DNA from: an uncultured delta proteobacterium
Lineage (GTDB): Bacteria > Myxococcota > Myxococcia > Myxococcales > Anaeromyxobacteraceae
Assembly: GCA_963814585.1 (NCBI GenBank)
Contig: CAWFDF010000014.1
Span: 352,001-416,000 of the forward strand
DNA length: 64,000 nt
Direction: 5' to 3'
Numbering within the stretch: position 1 is the stretch's first letter; each line of letters begins with the position of its first letter. Under the pieces are notes generated by a model. It was given only the letters and a program-made list of their open reading frames with translations. It made no database searches and was not told where the DNA came from. This document shows, one piece after another, positions 9,001-18,300 of the stretch. The translations under genes were made by a program, and so were the position numbers.

Positions 9001-11664
9001 ATGGGCCAGGCGCTCTCCGCCACCGCCACCTTCAGGTCCGACGCGCTGCGGGTCACGCACCGTGACACCCGGCTCGCCTGGACGGTGAGCGGCGGCGGCC
9101 TGGCCATGGACGGCGCCGGGGACTTCCTGCCGCCACCGGCGACGGCGCGGCTGCTGGCCGGACCCGACGCCACCCCGGGCTCGACCCTCGCCGACACGCT
9201 CTCCGCCATTCCGGCCTGGCCGGCCCCCGGGCGGTACCACGTCAACGCGGCGTGGCAGCTCTCCTGCGGCGCGGCCCCGGCGCTGGCCGAGGGCGGCGCC
9301 GACGTCGACGTCGCTCCCACCGCCCCGGTCGTCACCTCCCCGGCGGCCGGGGCGCTGGTCGCCTCGCCCACGCCCGACGTCACCGGCACGGCGCTGCCAG
9401 GGGCCAGCGTGGCGGTCTCCATCGACGGGGCGGCGCTGGCGCCGGTCGTCGCCGACGGCGCCGGCCAGTTCACGGTCAGCGTGCCCGCCTCGTCCCCGCT
9501 CGCCGAGGGGGCCCACCTGCTGGTGGCCGTCCAGACCGCCGGCGGCGTGGCCAGCGACGCCAGCCCGCCGCGGGCCTTCTCCGTCAGCCTGGCGCGGCCC
9601 TCGCTCCAGCTGGCGTCGCCCGAGCCCGGCGCGCTCCTCGACGGCGCCGACGCACCGCTCGGGCAGGTGTCCTTCGCCGGCACCGCAGAGGCCGGCGCCG
9701 AGGTGGTGCTGCTGGTCGACGGCGCGGCCGCGCCGGTGCTCCGGTCCGGCACCGCCTTCAGCGCGGCGGTGACGCTGGCCGACGGACCGCACCTCGCCGT
9801 GGTGACCGCCACCGCCGCCACCGGCCTCCAGACCGTGCTCACGGTCCCGTTCGACCTCGACGTGGCGCCGCCGGCGCCGCCGCAGGTCTCGGCGCCGGCC
9901 GCCAGCCAGCTGCTGGGCGGGGCGCTGGCGCCGGCCGGGCTGGTCGCCTTCACCGGCACGGCCGAGCCGGGGGCCACCGTCACCGTCACCGCCGGCGCCG
10001 CCTCGGCCTCGGCGCTGGCCGGCGCCGACGGCGGCTTCACCGCCTCGCTGCTGCTCGCCGACGGCGATCACCAGGCCTCCCTCACCGCCTCCGACGCGGC
10101 CGGCAACGCCGCGGCGCCCGCCACGATCGCCTTCCGGCTCGATACCCTGCCGCCCGCCACACCGGCGATCGTCACGCCATCGCCCGGAGCCCGGCTGCCG
10201 CCCGCGCCGACCCGGATCGCCGGGACGGCCGAGCCGGGCGCCAGCGTCCGGGTCGCCGCGGGCGCTCTGGCCACCACCGTCACCGCCGACGCCGGCGGCG
10301 CCTTCGAGACCACCTTTCCCCTCCCCGCCGGCTCCTGGTCTGCCGCCGCCGTCGCCACCGACGCGGCCGGTAACGGCTCGCCGGAGGGGCGGGTCGCCTT
10401 CGACGTCGCGCCGCTGGCGCCAGTCGTCGCCTCGCCAGCCGCCGGCGCCCTGCTCGCCTCCGCCACGCCGGCCATCGCCGGCTCGGCCCTTCCTGGGGCC
10501 AGCGTGACGGTCTCCATCGACGGGGCGGCGCTTGCGCCGGTCGTCGCCGACGGCGCCGGCCAGTTCACGGTCAGCGTGCCCGCCTCGTCCCCGCTCGCCG
10601 AGGGGGCCCACCTGCTGGTGGCGGTCCAGACCGCCGGTGGGGTGGCCAGCGACGCGAGCCCGGCGCGTGCCTTCACCACCGACTCCGTGCCGCCCGCGCT
10701 GCAGCTGGCGTCCCCCACGCCGGGCGCGCTCCTCGGCGGCGCCGACGCGCCGCTCGGGCAGGTGGGCTTCACCGGCGCCGCCGAGTCCGGCGCCACGGTG
10801 GCGCTGGTGGTCGACGGCGTCTCCGTGGCGGTCGCGCGGACCGGCAGCGCCTTCAGCGCGGTGGCGACGCTGGCCGACGGCCCGCACGTCGTCGCGGTGA
10901 CCGCCACCGACGCCGCCGGCAATCCGGCCGTGCTCACGGTCCCGTTCGAGCTCGACGTGGCGCCGCCGGCGCCGCCGCAGGTCTCGGCGCCGGCCGCCGG
11001 CCAGCTGCTGGGCGGGGCGCTGGCCCCGGCCGGGCTGGTCGCCTTCACCGGCACGGCCGAGCCGGGCGCCACCGTCACCGTCACCGCCGGCGCCGCCTCG
11101 GCCTCGGCGCTGGCCGGCGCCGACGGCGGCTTCACCGCCTCGCTGCTGCTCGCCGACGGCGATCACCAGGCCTCCCTCACCGCCTCCGACGCGGCCGGCA
11201 ACGCCGCGGCGCCCGCCGCCGTCGCCTTCCGGCTCGACACCTTGCCGCCCGCGGCGCCGGTGATCCACTCGCCGGCCGGAGGGGCGGTCGTGCCGGTGGG
11301 CTCGCTCGCCGTGACCGGCACGGCCGAGCCCGGCGCCGCCGTCCACGTCTTCATCGGCGCGGCCTCCAGCGTCGGGGTGGCAGGCGTCGATGGGACCTTC
11401 TCGGCGCCATTCCAGGTTCCGTCGGCAGGCGCCATGGTGGCGGTGGCCACCGCCACCGACGCCGCCGGCAATGGTTCGGCGCCGGCGCAGGTCGGCTTCG
11501 TGGTGGCCGCCGACGCCGCTCCTGCCGCGCCACCGAAGGCAAGAGGTGGTGGCTGCGGCTGCAGCCAGGGTGCTGGGGCCGCCAGCGGCTCGTCGCTCCT
11601 CCTGCTCGCCCTGGCGGCCTGCTGGCCGAGGCGCCGGGAGACCCGGTCCGGCCGCCGCGGGTGA
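6088..11664 (+). CDS. Large MYXO-CTERM-anchored surface protein with DUF11-type domain, Cys-rich repeats and many Ig-like repeats (AgmC-like adhesin)
   Basis: Signal peptide; LEYTVTARNAGND...DALPPGVTLVPGSI (DUF11); CITDASCGGATPACD/CTADAHCGGTTPVCD; repeated GTAEPGATV...ATDAAGN; C-terminal GGGCGCS + hydrophobic stretch + RRR. Start could be 6055. Confidence 0.85.
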   Translation: MARAATMLAALLSSPPAGAAVTLRHQLDLRGDFRLFGNTLAQDWASGVVPPAVGSLCTTGGGGTCGGNTTDSGADVFWRADPAAGTAACSSTITAAAARSVSMLQLPAGAVVKYARLYWSGYVSSNAFDPTATLTTPDGSAHPVAADVGWTLATAVDNGRWWYQSSAEVTALLQALPAAPGAYLVSDVDSIPLAGVNSEVAFTGWWAVVFYEDPAEITLRNLTLFDGFEGVSSGAAATATLAGFRVPGGGFDAKLGVVAWEGDSNVTGDQLKFKGYTAPDAPPATLVNLTDALNPATNFFNRSRSQLGVAVSVAGDLPQTTGAAASLSGMDLDVVDLKANGAIVAGNDSATISATSSGDVYVLGGFVTSVSTLRPDFAATVKSVANVDRTGATLAGDRLEYTVTARNAGNDPSIQTVLVDALPPGVTLVPGSIRIASGANPGGKSEAAGDDQADYDDAARTLTVRLGAGATAFVGGSLAIGESTVVVFRVTVDAGAAGTIDNLASVTAAGQSGEPSAGFPTQPPSGGGGATSQVIDACITDASCGGATPACDVAPAPNLCVACTADAHCGGTTPVCDLAGRACVGRTAVLPASQERPAAPGLAVPFELEVRSALTASERYDLDVLDGGCAAAVELRDGAGQVLAARDASGSWTMAAGNDTDGDGRPELAAPSQGTVPFTLRLSQAAGAAMGDRCQAQVVATGFTTGAADPAQVAVRAAAAVTFTPDRTGPDALAVITGGTVAFAGVIRNSGAAESAFSLAATVTATPSAGTLAAAQFWSDPDGDGSPADGAPITVTGPVAPFGGAVPVVLVVRASAASGAPLDNGTMLATSATATASVGGAGATQLGQAWVGWIAPSSEAAFATTSQVFAPCQTVHVRAQRLPLADGYALEWYAGGAPVRGTDQPLRAVDPWPVTGGSATDAYPLPAGAPDAITVLLVQRIGATTAVLDALQLGVERGGAIAGLAAPARIPMGQALSATATFRSDALRVTHRDTRLAWTVSGGGLAMDGAGDFLPPPATARLLAGPDATPGSTLADTLSAIPAWPAPGRYHVNAAWQLSCGAAPALAEGGADVDVAPTAPVVTSPAAGALVASPTPDVTGTALPGASVAVSIDGAALAPVVADGAGQFTVSVPASSPLAEGAHLLVAVQTAGGVASDASPPRAFSVSLARPSLQLASPEPGALLDGADAPLGQVSFAGTAEAGAEVVLLVDGAAAPVLRSGTAFSAAVTLADGPHLAVVTATAATGLQTVLTVPFDLDVAPPAPPQVSAPAASQLLGGALAPAGLVAFTGTAEPGATVTVTAGAASASALAGADGGFTASLLLADGDHQASLTASDAAGNAAAPATIAFRLDTLPPATPAIVTPSPGARLPPAPTRIAGTAEPGASVRVAAGALATTVTADAGGAFETTFPLPAGSWSAAAVATDAAGNGSPEGRVAFDVAPLAPVVASPAAGALLASATPAIAGSALPGASVTVSIDGAALAPVVADGAGQFTVSVPASSPLAEGAHLLVAVQTAGGVASDASPARAFTTDSVPPALQLASPTPGALLGGADAPLGQVGFTGAAESGATVALVVDGVSVAVARTGSAFSAVATLADGPHVVAVTATDAAGNPAVLTVPFELDVAPPAPPQVSAPAAGQLLGGALAPAGLVAFTGTAEPGATVTVTAGAASASALAGADGGFTASLLLADGDHQASLTASDAAGNAAAPAAVAFRLDTLPPAAPVIHSPAGGAVVPVGSLAVTGTAEPGAAVHVFIGAASSVGVAGVDGTFSAPFQVPSAGAMVAVATATDAAGNGSAPAQVGFVVAADAAPAAPPKARGGGCGCSQGAGAASGSSLLLLALAACWPRRRETRSGRRG
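9400..11240 (+). repeat. Internal direct duplication with 1095-bp period in the adhesin gene
   Basis: atcgacggggcggcg at 9421 and 10516; acggtcccgttcga at 9841 and 10936; long near-identical blocks follow both. Confidence 0.85.
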
Positions 11665-11696
11665 TGGCCGCCTCCCGGGCGGCGGCCCGGGCTGCC

Positions 11697-12404
11697 CTAG
11701 CGCCTGACGATGGAGCCCGAGCCGCTCACCGAGGCCTGCTCGACCATGGCCTTGCCGTGCCAGACCACGTCGCCGGAGCCGGCGATGCTCACGCTCAGTG
11801 ATCCACCGTCCAGCGTCAGCTCGACGTCTCCCGAGCCGGCCAGCGAGATCACCGCCCCCTTGGCCGTCAGGCCGCCGGCCTTCACGTCGCCCGAGCCGGC
11901 CACCGACAGGCTGGCGTGCTCGGCGGTGCCCTCCAGCTTCATGTCGCCCGAGCCGGAGATCGAGGCGTCGAGCCTGGCCACGCTCCCGCTCCAGCGCAGG
12001 TCGCCCGAGCCCGCGATCTTGAGCTGGAGGTCACCCTGGCCGCCCTCGATGGTGGCGTCGCTGGAGCCCTCGATGGTGAACCCGCGCAGGGCCGGCACGG
12101 TGATCTCGACGACCCCCTTCCCGTCCCAGGAGGCGTCCTTGGTCCGCACCAGCAGCGTGTCGTCGCTGACCTCGGTGAAGACCAGCGGCTGCAGGTTCTG
12201 GTCGATGGTGACGCTGACCGACTGGGCGCCGCCCACCTTGACCGCGGCGTCGAGCGAGCCCACCACCCGGACGGAGGTGAAAGGGGCGACCTGCCGCGGC
12301 TGGGTGACCTTGGTGCCGTCGCCCTTCGTCTCGCCCCCGCTCCAGGCGTGGGCGGCTGCGGGGACCATGGTGAGGAGGGCGGCGGCGAGGGCGAGGCGGC
12401 GCAT
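11697..12404 (-). CDS. Secreted DUF2807 (head GIN / beta-helix) domain protein
   Basis: Signal peptide, IDQNLQPLV motif and repeated I(S/A)GSGD units. Confidence 0.85.
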   Translation of the reverse strand: MRRLALAAALLTMVPAAAHAWSGGETKGDGTKVTQPRQVAPFTSVRVVGSLDAAVKVGGAQSVSVTIDQNLQPLVFTEVSDDTLLVRTKDASWDGKGVVEITVPALRGFTIEGSSDATIEGGQGDLQLKIAGSGDLRWSGSVARLDASISGSGDMKLEGTAEHASLSVAGSGDVKAGGLTAKGAVISLAGSGDVELTLDGGSLSVSIAGSGDVVWHGKAMVEQASVSGSGSIVRR

Positions 12405-12556
12405 GGAGGGCTCCTGGCGGGCAGATCGCGGTGACACCGGACCAGGGCCAACCCCGGTCCGGTGCCTCCCGCTGTCTCTCTCCCCAGAGTGACCTCGAGC
12501 CTACGCGTGACCGGGAGCGGTATTTCAGGGGCCGCGTCCCGTCCGGGGCCCAGCGA

Positions 12557-13444
12557 TCACGCCTGCCGCCCGTCCGGAGGCGCCGGCCGGCGGCCGAGCG
12601 CCGACAGCACCTGCTTCAGGTCCTCCCACGCCTTCGACTTCTCCTGGGGGCTGCGGAGCAGGTAGGCGGGGTGGAAGGTGGGCATCAGCTTCACGCCCTG
12701 GTACTCGCTCCAGGTCCCGCGCAGCCTGGTGATGGGCACGGTGGATCGGAGGAGCGTGTGCGCGGCGAACTTGCCGAGCGCGACGATCACCTTCGGCCTC
12801 ACCGCGGCGATCTGCGCCCTGAGGAACGGCTCGCAGGCCTCGATCTCGTCCGGCTCCGGGTTGCGGTTGCCTGGTGGCCGGCACTTCACGACGTTGGCGA
12901 TGTAGACCTGATCGCGCCGGTAGCCCATCGCCTCGATCATCCTGGTCAGCAGCTGCCCGGCCTTGCCGACGAAGGGCTCACCCTGCAGGTCCTCGTCGGC
13001 CCCCGGTCCCTCGCCGACGAACATCAGCTCGGCGTTCGGCGCGCCGACGCCGAAGACCAGGGTGGTGCGACCACCGGCGAGCTTGCAGCGGCGGCAGTCG
13101 CCGAGGCCGGTGCGGACGGCCAGGAGCTCGGGCGAACCGCAGCCCTTCTCGCCGGCGGCGCCCGCCGGGGCGGCGGGGCGACCAGGAGCGACCACCGCCT
13201 CGCCCGGAGGCTCCGCCCCACGCTCCAGCGCTCTCCCCATCGGACGCTCCGGGCGCTCCACCGGACTCGCCCCCTGGCGCTGCGCCGGCTCGGGGACGGC
13301 GGGTCGAGCCGCGGCGGCCGGCGCGGCCGCTGGCACGGTGATCGGGCCGGGCACCTCGCGCACCCCGGCGTCGCGCAGCCAGGCCAGGTGCCTGGCCACC
13401 TCGCCAGCCACCTGCCGGACCGCTTCCTCGCGCTCGTCGTTCAC
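12557..13444 (-). CDS. Uracil-DNA glycosylase, family 4 (4Fe-4S)
   Basis: [51 protein letters not shown]; start uncertain (13444 GTG or 13474). Confidence 0.93.
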   Translation of the reverse strand: MNDEREEAVRQVAGEVARHLAWLRDAGVREVPGPITVPAAAPAAAARPAVPEPAQRQGASPVERPERPMGRALERGAEPPGEAVVAPGRPAAPAGAAGEKGCGSPELLAVRTGLGDCRRCKLAGGRTTLVFGVGAPNAELMFVGEGPGADEDLQGEPFVGKAGQLLTRMIEAMGYRRDQVYIANVVKCRPPGNRNPEPDEIEACEPFLRAQIAAVRPKVIVALGKFAAHTLLRSTVPITRLRGTWSEYQGVKLMPTFHPAYLLRSPQEKSKAWEDLKQVLSALGRRPAPPDGRQA

Positions 13445-13509
13445 GCTCGAGATCCCTTCAGCCAGGGTGGCCATTGCGGCCGGCCCGCGCCGACCCTAGG
13501 ATCACCACG

Positions 13510-14463
13510 ATGTCCGCACCCATGATCCGTCGTCCCGTCTCGGCCGGCCTCGCCGCCGTGGCGCTCCTCATCCTCGCATGGCCCTCCGACGCGCTGGCGT
13601 GGGGCCCGCTGGCCCACCTCTCCTTCTCGGCCCAGGCGCTGGCCGCCACCGGTCCGCTGGCCGGGCCGCTCCGGAACCTGCTGGCCGACTTCGGCAACGA
13701 GTTCCTCTACGGCTCGCTGGCCGCCGACATCGTGGTCGGCAAGAACCTGGCCCGCTTCGTCCACCACGCCCACAACTGGAAGGTGGGCTTCGCCGTGCTC
13801 GACCAGGCGCGCCCCGGCGAGGAGAAGGCGTTCTCGTGGGGCTTCCTGGCGCACCTGGCCGCCGACACCGTGGCGCACAACTACTACGTGCCCTGGAAGA
13901 ACCTCTCCTCCTTCCACAAGGCCCGCACCGGCCACGCCTACTGGGAGCTCCGCTACGACCAGCGGCTCGACCCCTCGCACTCCGAGCTGGCGCGGCGAGT
14001 GGCCACCAGCACCACCATCTCGCACGACAAGTTCCTGCGCCGCACGCTCCGGCGGGCCTCGGTGCTGCCGTTCGGGGTGTCGCGCCACCTCTTCCGTTAC
14101 CTGGTCATGAGCGCCAAGGTGAAGCGGTTCCAGCACGTCTCCCGCCTGGCGCTGGCCCGGTCGCGACGGCTGCCGCTCGAGGACGACCTCATCGAGGAGG
14201 TGAACGAGCTGGCCGTCGAGGCCATCCTCGGCCTGCTCCTGGACGGGCGCCACTGCGAGGCGGCGCGGGCCGACGCCACCGGCGAGCGCAACCTGGCCAT
14301 GTCGGAGAAGGTGCGGCGCATGCTGGCCAGCCAGGTCCGCTCGGGGAGGCTCACGGGCATCGAGGCGCACCAGCTGGTCGGCGAGTCGCGCGACGCCTTC
14401 CGGCGGGCCATCCACGGCCCGCTGGTGCTGCCGGCGCGGGTGGCTCGGATCGCCGGGGCCTGA
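13510..14463 (+). CDS. Zinc-dependent phospholipase C family protein
   Basis: Mature N-terminus AWGPLAH, GSLAAD, HHAHNW, GFLAHLAADTVAHNYYVP, HAYWE. Confidence 0.8.
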   Translation: MSAPMIRRPVSAGLAAVALLILAWPSDALAWGPLAHLSFSAQALAATGPLAGPLRNLLADFGNEFLYGSLAADIVVGKNLARFVHHAHNWKVGFAVLDQARPGEEKAFSWGFLAHLAADTVAHNYYVPWKNLSSFHKARTGHAYWELRYDQRLDPSHSELARRVATSTTISHDKFLRRTLRRASVLPFGVSRHLFRYLVMSAKVKRFQHVSRLALARSRRLPLEDDLIEEVNELAVEAILGLLLDGRHCEAARADATGERNLAMSEKVRRMLASQVRSGRLTGIEAHQLVGESRDAFRRAIHGPLVLPARVARIAGA

Positions 14464-14533
14464 CGGCGCCTCGCGCCCGGCGCGACCTCCGCCGCGGCGC
14501 CCGCTGGCCGGCCGCGCCGGGCGGGCTCCCCGC

Positions 14534-15763
14534 TCAGCGCAGCGGCCTGGCGCGCGGACGGCGGGCGTCGAGCACCGGCAGGATCCAGTCGACGATGGCC
14601 TCGGCCACCCGCTCCTTGGGCCCCTCGATCTCGGCCAGCTCGGAGGCCGAGACCAGCGCCACCCGGTTGGTGTCGGCGCCGAAGCCGGCGCCGGGACCGC
14701 CCACCTTGTTGGCCACCACCAGGTCGCACCGCTTCCCCTTCAGCTTCTCCCGGGCGCGGGTGATGACCTCCTCGGTCTCGGCGGCGAAGCCGACCAGCAC
14801 CGGTGCGTCGGGCTTGCCGGCCAGGCGGGCGCCGAGGCCGGCCAGGATGTCGGGCGTGCGGGTGAGCTTGAGGGTCTCGTCGCCGGACCCCTTCTTCAGC
14901 TTGTGCGGTGCCGACGAGGCGGGCCGGTAGTCGGAGACGGCGGCCGCGCCGATGAAGAGGTCCATGCCACCGGCGACGTCGTCGACCGCGCGCGCCATCT
15001 CCTCGGCGGTCTCGATGCGGATGGTCCGGACGCCGGCAGGGTCCGGCAGGGCGGTCGGGCCGCTCACCAGCACCACCTCGGCGCCCCGCCTCGCCGCCAC
15101 CGCCGCCAGCGCGTAGCCCATCTTCCCGGAGGACGGGTTGGAGATGAAGCGGACCGGGTCGATGGGCTCGCGGGTCGGGCCGGCGGTGACCACCACCCGC
15201 CGGCCGGAGAGGTCGAGGTTGCCGAGCAGCCTCGAGGCGGCCGTGGCGATCTCGTCCGGCTCGGCCAGCCGGCCCTCGCCCACGTCGCCGTCGGCCAGGA
15301 CGCCGGCTCCGGGGCCGACCACGTTCCAGCCGCGCGCCACGAGGGCGGCGAGGTTCTCCTGCACCACCGGGTTCTTCCACATCCGCGTGTTCATGGCCGG
15401 CGCCAGGAGCACCGGGCAGGTCACGGCCAGGGCGGTGGTGGTGACGGCGTCGTCGCCCATCCCGGCGCGCAGCCTGGCGATGAGGTCGGCGGTGGCCGGC
15501 GCGACCAGGAAGAGGTCGGCCTCGCGGGCCAGCTGAAGGTGGCCGTAGCTGCGCTCGGTCTGCTCGTCGAGCAGCTCGACGACGACGGGCGCGCCGCTGA
15601 TGGCCTGGAAGGTGAGCGGCCCGACGAAGTGGGTGGCGGCCCGGGTCATGGCCACGCGGACCTGGCCGCGTCCCTTGACCACCAGCCGAGCCACCTCGCA
15701 GGCCTTGTAGGCGGCGATGCCGCCGCCCACGCCGAGCACCACCGTCCGGTTCGCGAAATCCAT
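14534..15763 (-). CDS. coaBC: Bifunctional phosphopantothenoylcysteine decarboxylase / synthase
   Basis: GVGGGIAAYKA, APATAD, APAMN, VTAGPTREPIDPVRFISNPSSGKMG, AAVSDY, VGFAAET. Confidence 0.96.
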   Translation of the reverse strand: MDFANRTVVLGVGGGIAAYKACEVARLVVKGRGQVRVAMTRAATHFVGPLTFQAISGAPVVVELLDEQTERSYGHLQLAREADLFLVAPATADLIARLRAGMGDDAVTTTALAVTCPVLLAPAMNTRMWKNPVVQENLAALVARGWNVVGPGAGVLADGDVGEGRLAEPDEIATAASRLLGNLDLSGRRVVVTAGPTREPIDPVRFISNPSSGKMGYALAAVAARRGAEVVLVSGPTALPDPAGVRTIRIETAEEMARAVDDVAGGMDLFIGAAAVSDYRPASSAPHKLKKGSGDETLKLTRTPDILAGLGARLAGKPDAPVLVGFAAETEEVITRAREKLKGKRCDLVVANKVGGPGAGFGADTNRVALVSASELAEIEGPKERVAEAIVDWILPVLDARRPRARPLR

Positions 15764-15805
15764 GCCGCGCATCGTAGCCGACCCGGGGCGGGGCCGACAC
15801 GGGCG

Positions 15806-15985
15806 AGTGCCCCGGGCCGGGCCGTCGACGTGACGGGAGCGCCGCGGCCGCGGCTCGGCTGGCGCGCCCGGAAAGGAGCCGCGGAGGCCTGGCGGCGCTA
15901 CAGTGAGCCGCGGACCGACGAGGCCGCCCGCTGCCGTCGAGAGGATCCGCTCTCGCAGCGGGCGACCGGCCTGGGTCGGGGCCCC
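15806..15985 (+). mobile_element. MITE-like element, copy B (degenerate, ~180 bp)
   Basis: Aligns by eye to 16925-17102 (GACGTGA, CCGCGGA, CGACGAG, GAGGATC.GCT.TCGCAG); right end gcctgggtcggggccc. Confidence 0.6.
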
Positions 15986-15988
15986 GAG

Positions 15989-16948
15989 ATGGCGTCGCCC
16001 ATGGAGCCCACCTCCTCCCACCAGCCGGCCCCGCCGGATCCGCCAGCGCCTCCCTCGATGGTCCCCGGAGAGCCACCGCGGCCACCGACGGCCTGGGGCC
16101 TCCTCGGCCACTACCTGGCGGCGTTCCTCCCGCTCGCCCTCCTCACCTCTGGCCTGCTCTTCCCGGTGCGGCGAGGCGGGGGCTCCGTGCTGGTCGGCCT
16201 GGTGGTCGCCCAGGTCTTCTACCTGCTCCCGGCGCTGGCATGGGCCCTGGGCAGCGGCTTCAGGCCGCTGAGGCTGCTGCGCCTGGCTCGCCCCTCCGGC
16301 GCCGCCCTGCTCCTGGGTGCGGGCACTGGCCTGGCCGTGATCCTGGCTGGCGCCGGAGTCATGTCGCTCTGGCGGAGCGTCCTGCCGCCGTCGCTGCTGG
16401 CCCGCTTCGACGTGGCCGGCGACCTGGCGGCCCGCGGGTGGAGCCCGTGGCAGCTCCTCCTGGTCGCGGTGTTCCTCCCGGCGCTCTGCGAGGAGGTGGC
16501 GTTTCGCGGCGGCCTGCAGACGGCGCTGCTCCGGCTCCGCTCGCCGCGGGTGGCCACCTGGGGCTCGGCGCTGGTCTTCGCGGCGGCCCACCTCGACCCG
16601 GTCCGCTTCCCGGGGGTGCTGCTGGTCGGGCTGGCCTTCGGGTGGCTCGCCTGGCGCACCGGGTCGATCTGGCCCGCGGCGCTGGCCCACGCCGTCAACA
16701 ACGGCACCGCCATGCTCGGGCTGCTCTGGCTCGGGAGGAGCGGTCCCGCCGAGCCGCCGGAGCGGCTGGCGCCGGCCGAATCCGGGGTGCTGCTGGCCGC
16801 CGGCCTGCTGGTCTTCCTGGCGCTCCAGGCCGCGGCGAGGCGCTGGCTGCCGCCGGCGCCGGGGGCGGCGACGTTCCTCGTGCCGAGGTCCGGCGCGCGC
16901 CGTGGGGCCGGGCCTCCCGCCGCCAGGGCCCCGACCCAGGCAGGATGA
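15989..16948 (+). CDS. CPBP family (CAAX/Abi) intramembrane glutamic endopeptidase
   Basis: EEVAFRG, FAAAH and HAVNN motifs with multiple TM helices. Confidence 0.88.
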   Translation: MASPMEPTSSHQPAPPDPPAPPSMVPGEPPRPPTAWGLLGHYLAAFLPLALLTSGLLFPVRRGGGSVLVGLVVAQVFYLLPALAWALGSGFRPLRLLRLARPSGAALLLGAGTGLAVILAGAGVMSLWRSVLPPSLLARFDVAGDLAARGWSPWQLLLVAVFLPALCEEVAFRGGLQTALLRLRSPRVATWGSALVFAAAHLDPVRFPGVLLVGLAFGWLAWRTGSIWPAALAHAVNNGTAMLGLLWLGRSGPAEPPERLAPAESGVLLAAGLLVFLALQAAARRWLPPAPGAATFLVPRSGARRGAGPPAARAPTQAG

Positions 16949-17102
16949 CGTGATGAGGGCTCCGAGGCCGCAGCGAGGCCGGCGCCCGAGGAGGGATCCG
17001 CGGAAGGGTCTTGACGGTTCGCCGAGCGGCGCAGCGACGAGCCCTCCTGCCGCAGCGGGAGGATCGGCTGTCGCAGGAGGCCGCTTGCCTGGGTCGGGTC
17101 CT
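16925..17102 (+). mobile_element. MITE-like element, copy A (~178 bp) with terminal inverted repeats
   Basis: Left AGGGCCCCGACCCAGGC (16925-16941), right GCCTGGGTCGGGTCCT (17087-17102); the right end overlaps the rlmI TAG; non-coding interior is homologous to 15806-15985 and 62329-62442. Confidence 0.72.
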
Positions 17103-18300
17103 AGGACAGCCGGCGCAGCACCATCGCCTTGAGGTAGCGCCCCTCGCGGAACTGGAGCGAGATCGGGTGATCGAAGGGCTGGCGCGTCTCGGCGACCAGC
17201 GCCAGCTCGGCCCGGGTCTTGAAGGCCGCCTCCTTGACCGCCTCGGCGAACTGCTCCGCCGAGACGCGGGCGCTGCAGGAGCAGGTCACCAGCAGGCCGC
17301 CGGGCGCCAGCACCTGCAGCGCGGCGCGGTTGAGCGAGGCGTAGCCGGCCAGCGCCCCCTCCACCGCCTTCTGCGACTTGGCGAAGGCGGGTGGATCGCA
17401 GACCACCAGGTCGAAGCGCCGGCCCTGCCGCTTGTAGTTGGCGAGCAGGTCGAAGGCGTCGCCCTGGGCGAAGGCGTGGTCGGCCGGGTCGAGCCCGTTG
17501 GCCCTGAAGGTCTGCCGGGCCAGCGCCAGCGCGTCGGCGTCGAGGTCGTTGGAGACCACGTGCGTCGAGCCGCCCAGGGCCGCGGCCACCGAGAAGCCGC
17601 CGGTGTAGCTGAAGAGGTTGAGCGCCTCGGGCCGGCCGCGGGCCAGGTCTCGGACCAGGCGCCGGTTCTCACGCTGGTCGAGGAAGAGGCCGGTCTTCTG
17701 GCCGCGCCGGACGTCGACCAGGATCTTCATACCGTGCTCGTCGATGGTGATCTGCTCGGGCGGCTCCGCGCCCCACAGCACCCGCCCCTCGGCGGAGCCT
17801 CCCTCGTCGTCGTCGTCGCGCGGGATCTCGTCGCGGCCGTAGACGCCGGCCAGGTCACCGCACTCGGCGCGCAGCGCCTCGACGATGGCGCCGCGCCAGG
17901 GGGTGAGGCCGGCGGAGTAGAGCTTGATGACGGCGAAGCGGTCGTAGCGGTCGGCCACCACGCCGGGGAGGCCGTCCGACTCGCCGTGGAGCAGGCGGTA
18001 GGCGTCGGTGCCGCGCACCAGCTCCCTGCGGAGCGCCAGGGCGCGGGCCACGCGGCGGCGCCAGAAGGCGTCGTCGACGGCCTCGCCCTCCTCGCGGGTC
18101 AGGATGCGGACGGTGATGGCCGAGAGGGGGTCGTAGTAGCCGCGGGCGACGAAGCGGCTCCCCTCCACCACGTCGACGATGGTCCCGGCGGGGATCCCCT
18201 TGGGCGCCCTGGCCAGCGCCTTGCGGAAGACCCACGGGTGGCCGGCGCGCAGGTGGCGCGCCAGGTCCTTCTGCAGCTCCAGCTTCGGCTCACCCGCCAT
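17101..18300 (-). CDS. rlmI: Class I SAM-dependent 23S rRNA methyltransferase (m5C1962, RlmI-like)
   Basis: GHPWVF PUA region, ESDGLPGVVADRY, GQKTGLFLDQRENR, LNLFSYTGGFS, DPPAF, TCSCS, YLK. Confidence 0.9.
   Translation of the reverse strand: MAGEPKLELQKDLARHLRAGHPWVFRKALARAPKGIPAGTIVDVVEGSRFVARGYYDPLSAITVRILTREEGEAVDDAFWRRRVARALALRRELVRGTDAYRLLHGESDGLPGVVADRYDRFAVIKLYSAGLTPWRGAIVEALRAECGDLAGVYGRDEIPRDDDDEGGSAEGRVLWGAEPPEQITIDEHGMKILVDVRRGQKTGLFLDQRENRRLVRDLARGRPEALNLFSYTGGFSVAAALGGSTHVVSNDLDADALALARQTFRANGLDPADHAFAQGDAFDLLANYKRQGRRFDLVVCDPPAFAKSQKAVEGALAGYASLNRAALQVLAPGGLLVTCSCSARVSAEQFAEAVKEAAFKTRAELALVAETRQPFDHPISLQFREGRYLKAMVLRRLS

Noticed and set aside
15989..16948. Myxosortase dedicated to the nearby MYXO-CTERM protein
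   Set aside because: Only generic CPBP motifs are visible and it is not adjacent; a specific HMM would be needed.
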